Source: Blepharisma stoltei ATCC 30299 (Eukaryota > Protista > Ciliophora). From it: 64,000 bases of DNA. The stretch spans positions 636,636 to 700,635 of the forward strand of contig CBFDEM010000023.1 of assembly GCA_965603825.1 (NCBI GenBank), given 5' to 3'. Position 1 is the stretch's first letter; the number at the start of each line of letters is the position of its first letter. Positions 12,075-26,100 of this stretch are shown here, in pieces. The notes beneath the pieces were generated by a model, which saw nothing but the letters and a program-made list of their open reading frames with translations, did no database searches and was not told where the DNA came from. The position numbers and the translations under genes are program-made.

Positions 12075-14583
12075 CTAACCACGGTTAAACTTGAATCTGA
12101 CGTCGATTGGGAGATCACTGTCTTGAAGATTAGTAGTAATCATGTATTGTCTTGGAGTAATTTGGGTCATGCGCCATGACGAGGTATCATAATTCCCTGG
12201 ACTCTTTATAATAATTTCTTTAAGACTCAGCGGCTCTGGGAGATCATACGCAAAGTCAAGGATCAAATTGCCATCTTCAAAGCTCGTCAAGTACCCTACT
12301 GAGTTGTCAGAAGTGCAGGTTGATGACTCTTTTTCTACAGTTGTCCCACACAAATAGCACCCAGGGTGAGGATCGCAGCTATTACAGGACTCAGAACAAG
12401 CTAAATAAAATCTTACATAAACATTCTAAGACTCCAGAATTATCATAAAGAAAATGCCCTTGCTCACATTTAGAGCACCCTGAAGTTCCATATTCTGCAC
12501 AATTAGCTGTTGAATTCTCTGAAGCTGAATTCTCACAGCGAAATGTAGATGGGTTATATGTCATATTTCCGATGCAAGAGCATGTTCCATAACTTTTTAT
12601 CATATAGTAAGGATCATAGCAAGCATCACATATATATAAGTCAGTATTGCAAACTGCACATCCAGATGGGCAAGACTGGCAAATCCTTGGGGATGAGTAG
12701 TCAAATCCATACCCAGGAGCACACTCACACTGCCCAAAAATATTTTCTATCATATTTTTTCGATCTGAGCACTTAATTTCTGATACCGGCTCAATACATT
12801 TGACCCAAACATTATTCTCCGTCAAGCTTACAATTTTACAGGTTTTACAACCCCAATCAGAGCAAGGCTGGCAATAAAAGCCGTTCCCAAAGACATAAGA
12901 ATTAGACCGGCAAGAACAGGTTCCGTCTCCATTGTTAATCATCCCTGAAATTCAGCATTTGTTGCAGCTCGTAGAATTATTGCAATCTCTGCATCCATGC
13001 GAACAAAACCCGTAAGTATTTGTAAGGGCATTTAAATAGATGCCTTCATCACTGAGTTTTTCGCAAGTTCCGTCAGAATATGGTGTACTCATATATTCAC
13101 AATTCATACAAGACGTTGAATCGATGCACTGTCTGCAGCCTGGAGTGCATGGTTTGCATTTTCCATCGCTGTCTCTGTAATAGCTATAATCACAATCCAT
13201 GCAGTAGTCCATATTGCAGTATCTACAGCCTTCATAAACTTCTGAGCAGGATATGCAAGTACCGTTAGAGTTGGGGATAGAGTTATAATCACAGCTAAGG
13301 CACCCCGTCTCATCGCAAATACTGCATAAGTCACCAAACTTCTCAGAGCACAGCTTGCATTTACCCTCAGAGCTTCAATAATAACCACCATCACAATATG
13401 CGCATACACTTGGATTTGCCTGGCAGTCTTGGCAATGATCAGGGCATTTGCTGCATACAAAATTGTCAAAGTCCAGGTAGTAGCCCCTTTGGCAGCTACC
13501 GCAGCCTCTTTGATCGCAATAGGTGCAATTACTTGAACAAGGCTGGCATTTATAATTGCTATCTAGATAAAAGAGTGAATCGCACCGTATACATTGCCTC
13601 AAAATGTTGCATTCAAGACAATTTTTATCGCACGTGTTGCATTTGCCGTCTGGAGCTACATAATACCCATTGAGGCAGACTTGACAGCCTGATTTGTCAC
13701 ATGTATCACAATGTTGAAAAGTTGAAGAGCAGCGAGTGCAATTAGCAAACCCATCATTGCCATTTGAATCTAAATGATACCCTGCATAGCAGACTTGACA
13801 GCCTGATATGTCACATTCTTGACAATAAGGAAATGCTGAAAGGCAATTAGTGCAGTAAGAAAACTCATTCAAAAAATATCTATCATAGCATTTAATGCAA
13901 GAAGTCGCGTTACATTTCTCACAGTACATATCACATGGTAAGCACTCACCATCAGGGTCCATATAATAATGATCATAGCAGCTAATACAGCCTGTCTGGC
14001 TACAAGTAGCGCAACCCTCTGGGCATGCAGTGCATGTTCCATCAGCATTGAGATTGCCTAAAATGCAATAATTGCACGCTGTTTCATCGCATGACCAGCA
14101 TTTTGGGAACTTCGTATGGCACTCAGTGCAACTCCCAGTTCCGCTGTCAAGGTATTGATCTTGATTGCAACCGTTTTCTTGAAGCTTCCTTTCTGCCGGT
14201 GATGAATTGTTTAAATCCTTTATACTTCTTCCAAGGTCGTTCATGCTATTTGGAAAGCCATAAGGATTTTGGCTCGTTCTATATTCTGCTGATCCTCCAT
14301 TTGGAATTTGGTTTATTGGAGATTTGTTGGGACCCTGCACTTTTCTTGAGTCCGTAACTGCCTCATTTGGATTTTTGAATGAGCCAGAGTCAATTGGTGA
14401 GAAATTTTGATTCTGGTTTCCTCTATTTAGGCTGTCTTGGGTTTGTGATCTTCCAGAGTCTGCTGGTGACCGATTCTGATACTGCTTTTTGCCTTTGATT
14501 TCGGTCAATTGTTCTGAAGGGTTATAGAATTGGTTTGATGTGACGAGCACAAGCTGAAAAGCTATCAAAATTATCCAAACCAT
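12075..14583 (-). CDS. Secreted Cys-rich repeat protein A (~830 aa): signal peptide, N/Q/S-rich pro-region, CxxC repeats, conserved C-terminal domain
   Basis: ATG 14583 (MVWIILIAFQLVLV); four track ORFs joined by TGA 13375, TGA 12952 and the 16-nt intron 12401-12416; stop TAG 12075. Confidence 0.85.
12401..12416 (-). other. 16-nt spliceosomal intron
   Basis: GTAAGATTTTATTTAG; removal restores ECL-SCSESCNSCDPHPGCYLCG; identical copy at 16165-16180. Confidence 0.85.
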
Positions 14584-15838
14584 AATAAATGTTAATTCAT
14601 CTACAATTTTTTCTATCAAAATTTTAAACTCTAAAGTGAATATCAAAAAATTTTGAAATAATTTATAATATTTGTGATAGATTTAGCTCACTTAAAGGCT
14701 GAGAGCATATAGAAAAGGCTTACCATTTTTCGCCAGTGGATTTTTATAAAGGGTATCTTAAGCATTTTGTTTGCATGACTAAATTAAATAAACTTCAAAA
14801 GTGACGCAAATTGATTTGATTAAATATATAATTGATTCTAAATAAAGCATTTGAAATGCAATTGTTATGAAATTTTGACAAAACATTAAGCAAGTTTCAC
14901 ATTTAGACTTTTTAAAACCCTATAAAATTGCTTTTAAAATTTCGGGCTGCTTCTAGAACTTATTATGCTAAACCAAAGCTTTTATTGGATTGATTATAAA
15001 ACCAAATACTTATGCTTCAATCTGAAAGTTCGGGTTTAGGATTTTTAATGTAGAAAAGAATTTTATTAAGTTATTTAGTTTAAGAATTAGATTTTATAAC
15101 TTTTATGCTATAAATTATGCTTCATCTAATGCTTAATATTATTACTTGAAATCTGACCTTTTATTCAATTAAGGTTCCTAATCCTATTAATGGAATCATG
15201 CATCATAAAAATCCCTAATAATTTTCATAAATTTCTTACAGGAAATAGTTCCCTTTAAAATAGACAGACCTTTAAAATTTGCTCTATATTTGGTCTTACA
15301 CCTTAGAATAAGAAATCATAAGCTATTTGAACTCAATAAAAATCCCAACTTCTTTTTCCATATAAAAATTTTTATTGTTTATGCTTCTCCTAGCCAAAGA
15401 TAATTTCTGTTGAGAAAATTTATAAATAACTAAATTAAAATTGATGCTGCAAACATTTTGGTAAGCTAAAAATTTGATTATCAAATCCATTTTGGCATAA
15501 TCAGAAAATGGTCTAAATTATCTTTGCTGGCTTAGAAAAATGTTTGCATAATTAATTTGATTTCAGTTAGCTAAAATTAAATCAACAGCTTTTATTTTAG
15601 AATGTAGAAGCGCACTGAAGAGTTTTCTCTTGTAACTTTGCATCTTTTTTTGTTTTAATGTAATAAAAGTTTTTATTATTAAATAATTCTTATTTTAAAA
15701 AATGTATTTTACTCTGTTAGCTTATTTAAATGTATTCATTAGCTGAGATATTAAAGAAATTAGTGATAAATAAATGAACCATTTATAAACTAATTTTCTA
15801 AAAAGAATATAAGTTAATCATAAATAATGATTACTTAA

Positions 15839-18554
15839 CTATCCACGATTAAACTTGAATCTGACGTCGATTGGAAAATCGCTTTCTTGAAGATTAGTAG
15901 TAATCATGTATTGTCTGGCAGTAATTTGAGTCATGCGCCATGACGAGGTATCGAAATTCCCAGGACTCTTTATAATAATTTCTTTAAGACTCAGAGGCTC
16001 TGGAAGATCATAGGCAAAGTCAAGGATAAGATTTCCATCTTCAAAACTGGTTAAGTACCCTACTGAATTGTCAGAAGTACAAGTCGATGAGTCTTTCTCT
16101 ATTGTAGTCCCACATAAATAGCACCCAGGATGAGGATCGCAGCTATTACAGGACTCAGAACAAGCTAAATAAAATCTTACATAAACATTCTAAGACTCCA
16201 GAATTATCATAAAGGAAAAACCCTTGATTGCATCTAGTACACCCTGAAGATCCATATTCAGCACAATTAGATGGTAAAAATTCGCAACGGAAACTAGTCT
16301 GGTTAAAAGGCATACCAGATGGGCAATAGCAGATTCCATTCAAGCCATTTATCATATATTTCGGGTCAAAGCAAGTCTCGCACCAGTCTTCTCTGCCCTC
16401 ACAATTAGCACATCCAGATAAGCAAGGTTTGCAAGAATGAGTTAAGTCATCCCATCGATAGCCAGGCTTGCAATAACACGCCCCTGTCTTATCATCAATT
16501 AGCATATTATCAGGATCGAAGCACTTTTTGCATTGTTTTGTAGAAGCACTGCATTCAGAGCACCCAGATGGGCAGCTATAGCAATTTCCACTCCATAAAT
16601 AATGCCCATCTTTGCAAGTCAAGCACCTAACACTATAATCATTATAGTTGTAAGAGGAGGTAGTACTATAATAATTATAGTTGTAATCAGAATACGTCTT
16701 TATATCTATTCTTTTGCATGTTTCACAGGCATAATCTGAGCAAGGCCGACATTGACCATTTGCAAAGACATAGTTCTCTTGGACACAAGAGCAACTCCCA
16801 TCACCATTGCTAGCCATACCTGAGGCCCAACATTTTGAGCAGCTTTCCGAATTATCACAAGATCTGCATCCAACATTACAAGAATCGCATCGATTTGTAA
16901 CACTATTAAAGAACGAACCCCTAATATTGCATTCACAAGTCCCATCTGAATATGGAAGTTCACCATTTAAGCAGGTCTTGCAAGAAGTCGGGTTTAAGCA
17001 GTCTGCGCAGCCAGAACCACATGGATTGCAGTTGCTGTTTATATCCATATAATACGTTAAGCTGCATTTAAGACAATGGTTATGATCACATTGGTCGCAG
17101 CCTGGAAACCAATCAGAGCATTTAGCACATGTCCCGTCAGTGCTTGTGAAAAAATGATTATCACGATAGTAGCAAGCCGCTTCATTGCAGCTGTTGCACA
17201 GGTACCCGAATTTTTCAGAACATGAGTGACATTTATTATCTGTGCCTACAAAAAATCCATAGTCACAGTAATTGCATCCTGCTTCGGTGCAAGAATTACA
17301 ATTATCTGGGCATGGTCTGCATTTTTCAGAGGAATCTAAATAGAAGTCTGACTTGCAGCTAAAGCAGGTAGTAATATTGCAATTGAAGCAATTACTAGTG
17401 CACATTTTACACTGGCCATCAGTGTCTAAGTAAAAGCCTTTGTCGCATATTAAGCATTCTCCATTCTGGCACCAGTCGCATCCTTTAGGACATAGCTCGC
17501 ACTGTCCATCTGAATTTACACCATATTTTGATTTGCATTGCTTGCAGACAGATCCATCGCAAAATTGGCAATTTGGGAACTTAAATTCACATAAAGAGCA
17601 TCCCCCAACTTCATCTAAATAATGCATAGAATTGCAAACAGAGCAGGAAGTATTATTGCATACTTGACAGTTTTCGATGCACATAGCGCATTCTCCATCT
17701 GTGTCTAAGAAATAGCCGCTGTAGCATTCATTACAGCTTGTTTTTTCGCACCTAGAACAATATTTTGGACAGGAAATGCAGCCATCATTAGTAAGAAATT
17801 TATTGGCATCACACCACCAACAAGCTGTTTCGTTGCATGATAAGCACCCAGGAAATCTCGCACGACAATTTGTGCATAATTCAGTATTGCTGTCAAAATA
17901 TTGGTCATAGGAACAGCCGTGTGATGTACCGTTTGATTCTTGTAGGCTTCTTCCATATAGGTCATCAGGGTATTGGTTCACCTCGTAGTCCTCTGGCCCT
18001 TCTTTATGTTGTGTGTGAGGCGGCAGGTTGGGATTTTGAGCTCCTCTTGGTAGCTTTTTTGAGTTTCCAAAATCTGATGGTAAGTAGTGATTTTGGTTGC
18101 TTCCAGTAGGACTGTTTTGGTGTTGAGGTGAATCATAGCTTGTAGTAGGCTGATTCTGGGTTTATATAATATGCTGATTTTTAGCAGATGCACTGGGAAT
18201 AAGATGAAAGTACTTCCTCCTCGCATTTGCTTCATGGTCAAGAATCTAACCCATATCAAATCTACTACCTACTCCATCTAATACCTCTAGCGCATAAAAT
18301 ATTTGCATGGGAATAGTTTTAATAGATAAATGATGGAGCTAATAGTTATACAAAAATCTTTATCCCCCATATAGATTTATTAACAGTGAGTCATTGATCA
18401 ATCAAGGATGGGGTAGTAAGCTCACAACTTATTATGAACTCGTAACTATAATAATTTAAAATTGATTCTGAGCTTCTCTGTCAACATTGGAGTAGTAGTG
18501 TTGATTTGAAACCGCAGAGACCAGCTGTAAAGCTGCCAGACATATTAAAATCAT
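15839..18554 (-). CDS. Secreted Cys-rich repeat protein B (paralog of A), 5' region interrupted by a ~0.3-kb non-coding insertion
   Basis: Signal peptide MILICLAALQLVSAVS at 18554 is in frame with ORF 16155-17981; a stop-rich insert lies at about 18160-18460; intron 16165-16180; the C-terminal exon is nearly identical to gene A; stop TAG 15839-15841. Confidence 0.7.
16165..16180 (-). other. 16-nt spliceosomal intron
   Basis: GTAAGATTTTATTTAG, same sequence and position as in gene A. Confidence 0.85.
18151..18470. mobile_element. Candidate insertion (retained IES or transposon relic) in gene B
   Basis: Many in-frame stops; bracketed by the 8-bp direct repeat TGATTCTG at 18151-18158 and 18463-18470 (312 bp apart); removal restores an open frame. 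Confidence 0.45.
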
Positions 18555-20105
18555 ATTTATTATTATTCTATACAATTCCATAATTTGTGCATGCTTTACT
18601 ATTTATTCAACATTTTACTATTATATTTTAGGTATATTTTGATAATTCTGGAATGCAAATATCTTCTGTAAATGGTGCTTCTAATATATTTGCTTACAAT
18701 AAATAAGTCATTTAAAATACAATTAAAAGACTTCGCACGAATAAGTGATATAATCAAAAAGGGTAGTAGGTATTAATGACAAAATTTTACTCAATTATAA
18801 ATGCACATTACCCAACAACTTCAATCTGAAGTACGTGCATATTATATATATAGTGTAAATGAAAAGAGGACGTCATAAGCCTAATATTTCAACTTTTTAT
18901 TATTTTAAATTAAATTCATCCTTAGACGAGAAGAAGGACAGGCATAGCAATTAATGATAAACATAATTAAATCCAATAAGTTTTCTCCAAATGCAATTCA
19001 TTATATATAAGAAAGATATATGATCTGAATTTTTGTCTGGAGAAGACCTTAAAGCTGAATATGCTGCTGGTGCATAATTCTTTTTCTAGGATTCAAGAAT
19101 TTATTTAGTTCGCCTATTGATTTATTCAGAATAAGAACAATTTTAATAGAAATTAAGCATACAAGCGAAAGAAGGGCAAGTATAACTTTTAGAAATTCCA
19201 CAGCTTAGATGACATTAAAATTGACTAGAAAATTTAGCTTTCCTAATATTTATTTAGCTTTAGTATTAAATATGGCCATTAGTTCGCCAGAATCAATTTT
19301 CTTGCACTCAGAAGTTATGTGATTTATAACATTCTTAATTTAAGGATAAAATCTTGGTTTGTTCAAAACAAATATTTAGATAAGCAATTAGATAAATGGA
19401 GCTTAAAGTTCATGCTTTAGCGAAATTATAAAATCTCTTTGACATGAATTTTTGATAAACGAATTAAGGTATGAAGAAAAATTGAAAATGCATTTTATTA
19501 AGTTTTCTTACTCCAAGAATACTTTAATTAGGAAAAAATTTATCAAGATCATTAGCTGGATGCACAGACGTCATCTTTATTCTGTGTTCCATATTCCTTT
19601 CCTAAAGCCTAAATTTTCTAATAAGATAAACTTTTATTTGATGCCTTTTATATAATAAAATATCCAGAAAACTCTCCTCTGATTATGCAAAAAAATCTTT
19701 TCAATAAAATTTGATGAAATTGACCTATAAATATGATAAAGTGATCATTAAATTTGATAATTATTTCTTAATAAATATTTGCTTAGTTTTAGGCTACTCT
19801 TTAATGTTTATCGCTATTTAGGCGAAAAAATACCTTTAACTATAAATGTAATTCATGTTTCATGAGTAAAAATTCTTCACAATTAATATTTAACCATCTC
19901 ATATTGATGCATACAGAATTTAGCGTAGGCTCGCAAAATCGCTATCATACCAACGATTTAAAAGCCAGAAGTCGCTACTGCGGCTTCATAGTAATATGAT
20001 AGCATTTTTAATAAAATACATAAATATTAAAAGGTTCAAAGCATATCTTGAACTCGTTTCAATTCAATTCATCTATAATTTCTAGCATTTAATGCATTAT
20101 AAAAT

Positions 20106-23100
20106 ATGTCGAAACTAATTCTGTTTTGGTTTCTCTTGCCGTTCTCCCTACTTCAAGCGGTAGAACTTGATGATTCAGTTTTAGTCAATGACGGAACAGA
20201 CGTTTATATCGAATTTACTTTAGTTCCAAAAAGTCACGCCAAAAAGCTAAATCAGCAGTCAAAAACAGACACTAAAAGACTTCTTCAGGACAATTCAGAA
20301 TCCTGTGAAAAAGAAATGATAATTGATGCAACTCTCTTTAAGTTTAGCACTGGATGCTGTCCCAAATCTACTTATTTTGATGGGAAAAAATGCATTCCTT
20401 GTCCTGATGGATGTGTGGACTGTAAAGATATTACTGGAGAATGTATCAATTGCAGACCTGAGCTTGCATTAGATGTAGAAATAATTAGGAAGAGTCCTTG
20501 TTGCTTGGAAGGGTCTTTTTATAGTGGATCTGGCTGTGAGAAATGTCCTGAAAATTGTTTAAGCTGTAATAGCACAACCTCATGTGCTCGGTGTCGATCT
20601 GAAATGACTGCTGACATTAAAATTAAAAGCAAAAAATCTTGTTGTCCTAAAGGCACATTTTATAATGGCTCTGAATGCGCTTCTTGCACTCCTAATTGCT
20701 CTGAGTGCGAGGATATAACTCAAAAATGCATAAGTTGTGAGAAAGAAATGGCCTTAGACATAAAAATAGCAAATTCTAAGCCTTGTTGTAGCCCTTCGAG
20801 CTACTATAATGGAATTAAGTGCATGCCTTGTCCTGAAAATTGCTTGGAATGTGATGATTTTGGAATCTGCAAGACTTGTGATAAAGAGATGGATCTTGAT
20901 ATTACTATAAAAGGCAAAGGAAAGTGTTGCCCTAAAGGCCAATTATATAATATCATAGAAAATGAATGCAAATCATGCTCGCCAAATTGCCTAGAATGTG
21001 AAAAGCTAGGGAGCTGCAGCACTTGTGATAAAGAAATGACTCTTGATCTAGCTATAATTATTCCCAAAAAATGTTGCCCTCAAGGACTATTTTATGATAA
21101 AATTGAAAAAATCTGTAAATCGTGTTCTACTAATTGCTTAGAATGCGAAAAATCTAATGAATGCCAATCTTGCGATAAAGAAATGACGCTTGACATGATT
21201 CTTGTAAGTAGATCAAAATGTTGCCCGAAAGGAAAATTCTATGACTTAGCAGAAAATATATGCAAAACATGTTTAGGTGGCTGTTTAGAGTGTGAAGGAC
21301 CAAGTAAATGCAATTCTTGCGACAAAGAGATGACTCTTGATATTGCTATTTCGAATTCTAAAAAATGTTGCCTTGAAGGAGAATTTTATGACTCAACTCA
21401 AAAAATATGTAAGTCATGCTTACCCAATTGCTCAGAATGTGATGGTGAAAGTGACTGTCAATTGTGTGAAAAAGAAATGACTGTTGATACAACTATTATA
21501 AGCTCAAAAATGTGCTGTCATCAAGGACAATTCTATGACAAAAGCGAAAACGGATGCAAGCCATGCTCAGATAACTGTTTAGAGTGTTCTGGAAAAGATA
21601 AGTGCTATTCTTGTAAAGAAGAGATGACTTTGGACTTAGCCATTAGCAAGACCAAAAAATGCTGCTCTCCTGGGGAATTTTATGATAAAAAAGAGAAGAT
21701 ATGTAAACCTTGCTCTGCCAACTGCTTTGATTGCGAAGATTCAAATGATTGCAAATCATGCGATAAAGAAATGACTGTTGACACTACTATTATAAGCTCG
21801 AAAAAATGCTGTCCTTCAGGACAATTTTATAGCACTCCAGATCATGAATGTAGGCCTTGCTTATCCAACTGTTCATTTTGTGATAATCCAGATAAATGCC
21901 GATCTTGTGATAAAGAAATGACTCTTGATGCGCAAATTGTCAGCTCTAAAAAATGTTGTCCTGAAGGAGAATTCTATGATTTTTCTACAAAAGGATGCAT
22001 CCCTTGTTCAGAAAATTGTTTAGCATGTGAAAATGCAAATGAGTGCAGTTCTTGCCAAAAGGAAATGATTCTTGATATTGAAGTATTGGGCATTAAGAAG
22101 TGCTGCCCTACAGGCCAATTTTATGATAAAGCTGAAGATTTATGCAAAGATTGCTCAAGCAATTGTTTAGCATGTGAGGGACAAAGTGATTGTAACTCTT
22201 GCGAAAAAGAAATGACTCTTGAAACTCTTATTGTCAGCTCTAAAAAATGTTGTCCGCCAGGACAATTTTATGATTCTTCAGGGAAAAAATGTACACCTTG
22301 CTCAGATAACTGTTTAGACTGTGATGATCTAAGTGATTGCAAATCTTGTGGCAAAGAAATGACCCTGGATATAACTCTTACAAGCTCATCAAAATGCTGT
22401 CCTAAAGGAGAATTCTATGATTTGGCTGAAAATGAATGCAAGTTATGTTTGGGTAACTGCTTAGAGTGCGAAGGGCCAAGCAAATGCAGATCTTGCACTA
22501 AAGATATGACTCTTGATATAGCGATTGTCAGCTCAAAAAAATGTTGTCCTGATGGTTATTTTTATAACTCTACTCAAAACGCATGCCAATGTAGCCCTGG
22601 AAATTATTTTAATGGAAGCAAATGTTTGCCTTGCCCTAAAGGTTGTATTGAATGTGAGGATATAACAGGAATCTGCAAAGACTGCAGCAATCAAATGATC
22701 GTAGATTTGAAAATAAAAAGCTCTAGGTCCTGCTGTTCTTCAAGCCACTACTATGATGGTTTGGATTGTCAACCTTGCCAATCAGGCTGTTTAAATTGCA
22801 AAGACATATCAGGTGAATGCTATTCCTGTAAGCCAGAAATAGCTCTCGATGTCGCTATTATCAAAAAAACTACTTGTTGCCCAGATAAGCATTATTCTGA
22901 TGGTCTTAACTGTCTTCCTTGCGGGATTATGTGTGATGACTGTATTTCAGCTACAAACTGTTCTGCTTGTGACGACCAAAATTTACAAGAAGTAGATTTG
23001 CTTAGCCCAGGGAATTGCAAATGTGTCGGATCTGCTTATTATGATGGAGAAACATGTCAAGCTTGCAGCTTTTTGTGCTCAGTTTGCAATGCAACTGAAT

Positions 23101-26100
23101 GCAGCCAGTGCATTGATTCGGCCAATATGATCCAAGATCCATCAAATATTAGTAGCTGTAAATGCAAGGAACAATTTTATTATGAAAATACTACAAAGCT
23201 CTGCCAGCCTTGTATGGAGAACTGTCTTACTTGTTTTGATGCTTCTTCATGCACTCAATGCAAATCTGGCTATTATTATGATGGATTTTCATGCCTGATA
23301 TCAAGCTGCCCTAATGGAACATACATAGAAAATAATACTTGCACGGATTGCATAGCTCCTTGTGCTACCTGCTATAATTCTTCTTTTTGCTATTCTTGTA
23401 TAAATCCAGAAATAATGGTATTAAATCCTACATCTGGGGTTTGCTCGTGCCCATCTGGCCAGTTTTATGACGCTAATTCGCAAGAATGCAGCTCTTGTAA
23501 AAGTCCTTGCTCAACTTGTTTTGAGTCTGCTGATTTCTGCTTAAGTTGCATTGACTCGACGATGGATTATGATTCAACTTATGGAACTTGCTTATGCCAA
23601 GTGTCTAAATATCTGGAATCTGAAAAATGTATTGACTGTGTAAGCCCATGTGAGACTTGTTCATCATCGGATTTCTGTTTAAGCTGTGCAGATTCTGCTA
23701 TGGTTTATGATGAAATATCTGGAGTTTGTGCCTGTCCTGATAAAAAATACTTTAATTATTCTACCAAATCATGTGAAGATTGTGAAGGAATCTGTGAGAA
23801 GTGCTTAAATTCAACATTCTGCCTTACTTGTAAAGATTCTACGATGACTTATAACTCAACTACAGGGACGTGTAGCTGCCCTTCAAATTATTATTTTAAC
23901 AAGGATAGCTTATCTTGTCAAAGCTGCCATGAAACCTGTGAGGACTGTTTAGACTCAACTTCATGCACCTCTTGTATAGACTCTGCCATGAAATATGACA
24001 ATAATACAAAGCTCTGCACTTGTGGCGAAACTCAATACTTTAACTCAGCAGCAAAAGCTTGCCAAGACTGTAAAGGTCCTTGTAAGTCTTGCACATCGGA
24101 GACATTCTGCACTTCTTGTCTTGATACATCTACCCTTGATATTTCCACAGGAACTTGCTCTTGTTCTCAACATGAATATTTTAATGCTTCTCTTTCTCAA
24201 TGTAAAGAATGCTCTGGGCTATGCTCAACCTGTTTATCTGATGCTATCTGCGATTCATGTGTCTCTAATACCAATCCAATAAATAATGGGATTTGCTCAT
24301 GCTTAACAGGGTTTTATCTTTCATCCAAAGAATGCTTGCAATGTCCTTCTCCATGTTCTTCATGCTCTAGTAATACAAAGTGCGACACTTGCAAAAGTCA
24401 TGCTTATCTTGATTCAACTGACCAGTTTTGTCACTGTCAAACTGGCTTTACGCTTAGCAGTTCTGACTCTTCTGGCTACTGCAAAGCAGATTGCAATAGT
24501 TATTGCACAGAATGTGACATTGATAATGGAAATAAATGCTCCAAATGTATTACAAATGCAGAGCTCTCAGAGACAACTTGCTCTTGCACTGAGAACTCCG
24601 CTTATGATAGTGCTACTAAAAGTTGTCTTTGCAATAGTGGATATATTCTGTCTAACAGTAAATGTGTGGCTTGTAAGAAATATCTTTCCCCAACTGATAT
24701 AAAATCAGCAGATTTCAGCTCGGCATGGACTTATCTTTATGTCTACTTCAACGTCAAACTTGATACCTCACTAGATCCAGGCTGTTCCAAAGTATTTGAG
24801 GCTTCAACTTATGTTTTACTTGGAAGCAGCCCAATTTGCTCTTGGGCAGATTCCAAGACACTTAAGGTGGCTCTAGGAACTTATTATGGGCTAAGAACAC
24901 AAACTATTTACCTTGATGGGACATATCTTGTTAAAGATACCACAGATTCCTGCACAACTGCATATCAGCCGCTTTCTATAGCTATTTCATCAACTGCACC
25001 ACCTTCTCCAATTGCTGTTATTAGTGGCCAAACAAATCTTTACTTAAGCTGTGGGACAGATGCTCTTGTATATTCTGGCGAAAGATCTCAAATGGGGTTA
25101 GGCTCTCCTCTATCTTATAGCTGGTCTGCTCGTATTTCTCCATCTAATAAAAGCCTACTCGATTTCATAACTTCTCAGAATACTCCTTCTATCTCCATTT
25201 CTAGATCATATTTCCCTACATCTGTATCTACCACTTTAGCTGTTACTTTAAATGCAACCAATTTCCTAGGGTACTCAAACCAAGCATCGCTTACGACCAC
25301 TATTAATGCAGGCAGCGCTTTGTCTATTATATTTGACCAGGGCAACTCAGTCAGTATGTGGTATTCCTCATCAAAAACCCTCAAAGCAAAAATCACCTCA
25401 TATTGCTCCACTTTTACATCCAGCCCTGCTTCCTGGACATGGAGTTATGATACATCTACAAGTCCTTCTATCAACTATGATGCAATACTTAAAAACGCTA
25501 AATCTGATAAATTGACGATCCCAAAAAATACTTTACCTGTAGGAGGGCCATATACTTTTATTGCTTCTGCTTCACAAGTGAATGCTAATGCTACATTGAC
25601 TGGAAGTGGCAAGGTTTCTATAACAGTCACTGCTTCACCTTTAATTATTCAGTTGTCGAAGACCAGCGGTGATGTTTCTCCCAGCGAAGATTATATAATA
25701 AACGCTATTGGCTCAAAAGACCCTGATGATCCCAATGGAACCTTAAATTATAAATGGATTTGCCAAAATAGCGAAGACGAGTCAGACTGTTTAGGAAGTG
25801 ACGGAGAAATACTGCTAGTTGATGAAACAGCTGCAACTTTGACAATTCCTACAAGTAGGATGGTTAAAGGAGCCTTATGGGACATTATCTGCACGATTTC
25901 AAAAGACACTCGAAGTGCAAGCGCAATGGTAGAAATCAACATTTTGAATATTTCCACTGAAATCTCTATTGCAATAACCATGACTTTGCAAAAATTCAGT
26001 CCTCAGCAAAACATTCAGTTTTCAGCATCTATTAATTCTAATGCTCCTGCTCAAATTCTTTGGTCAGAAAAAACAGGTGCAGATATTTCTATTTCTCCGA

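Noticed and set aside
9332-13377. TGA read as Cys or selenocysteine in the Cys-rich genes
   Set aside because: Gene A C-TGA-ISGM aligns with gene B CWASGM (TGG), and conserved enzymes show Trp at TGA sites; no selenoprotein context was seen.
14584-14646. Upstream extensions of track ORFs (starts at 14646, 29615, 35822, 60741)
   Set aside because: These use TTG/GTG-type starts or run through AT-rich leader or the neighbouring gene; downstream ATGs give proper signal peptides or domain starts.
18415-18441. Short similarity between the gene B insert (reverse strand ATAATAAGTTGTGAGCT) and 55535-55555
   Set aside because: The match is about 20 nt, AT-rich and does not extend; likely chance.
19452-19655. 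AT-rich ORFs 19452-19655, 40885-41076 and 45997-46185
   Set aside because: Intergenic composition (K/I/F/N-rich), no motifs.
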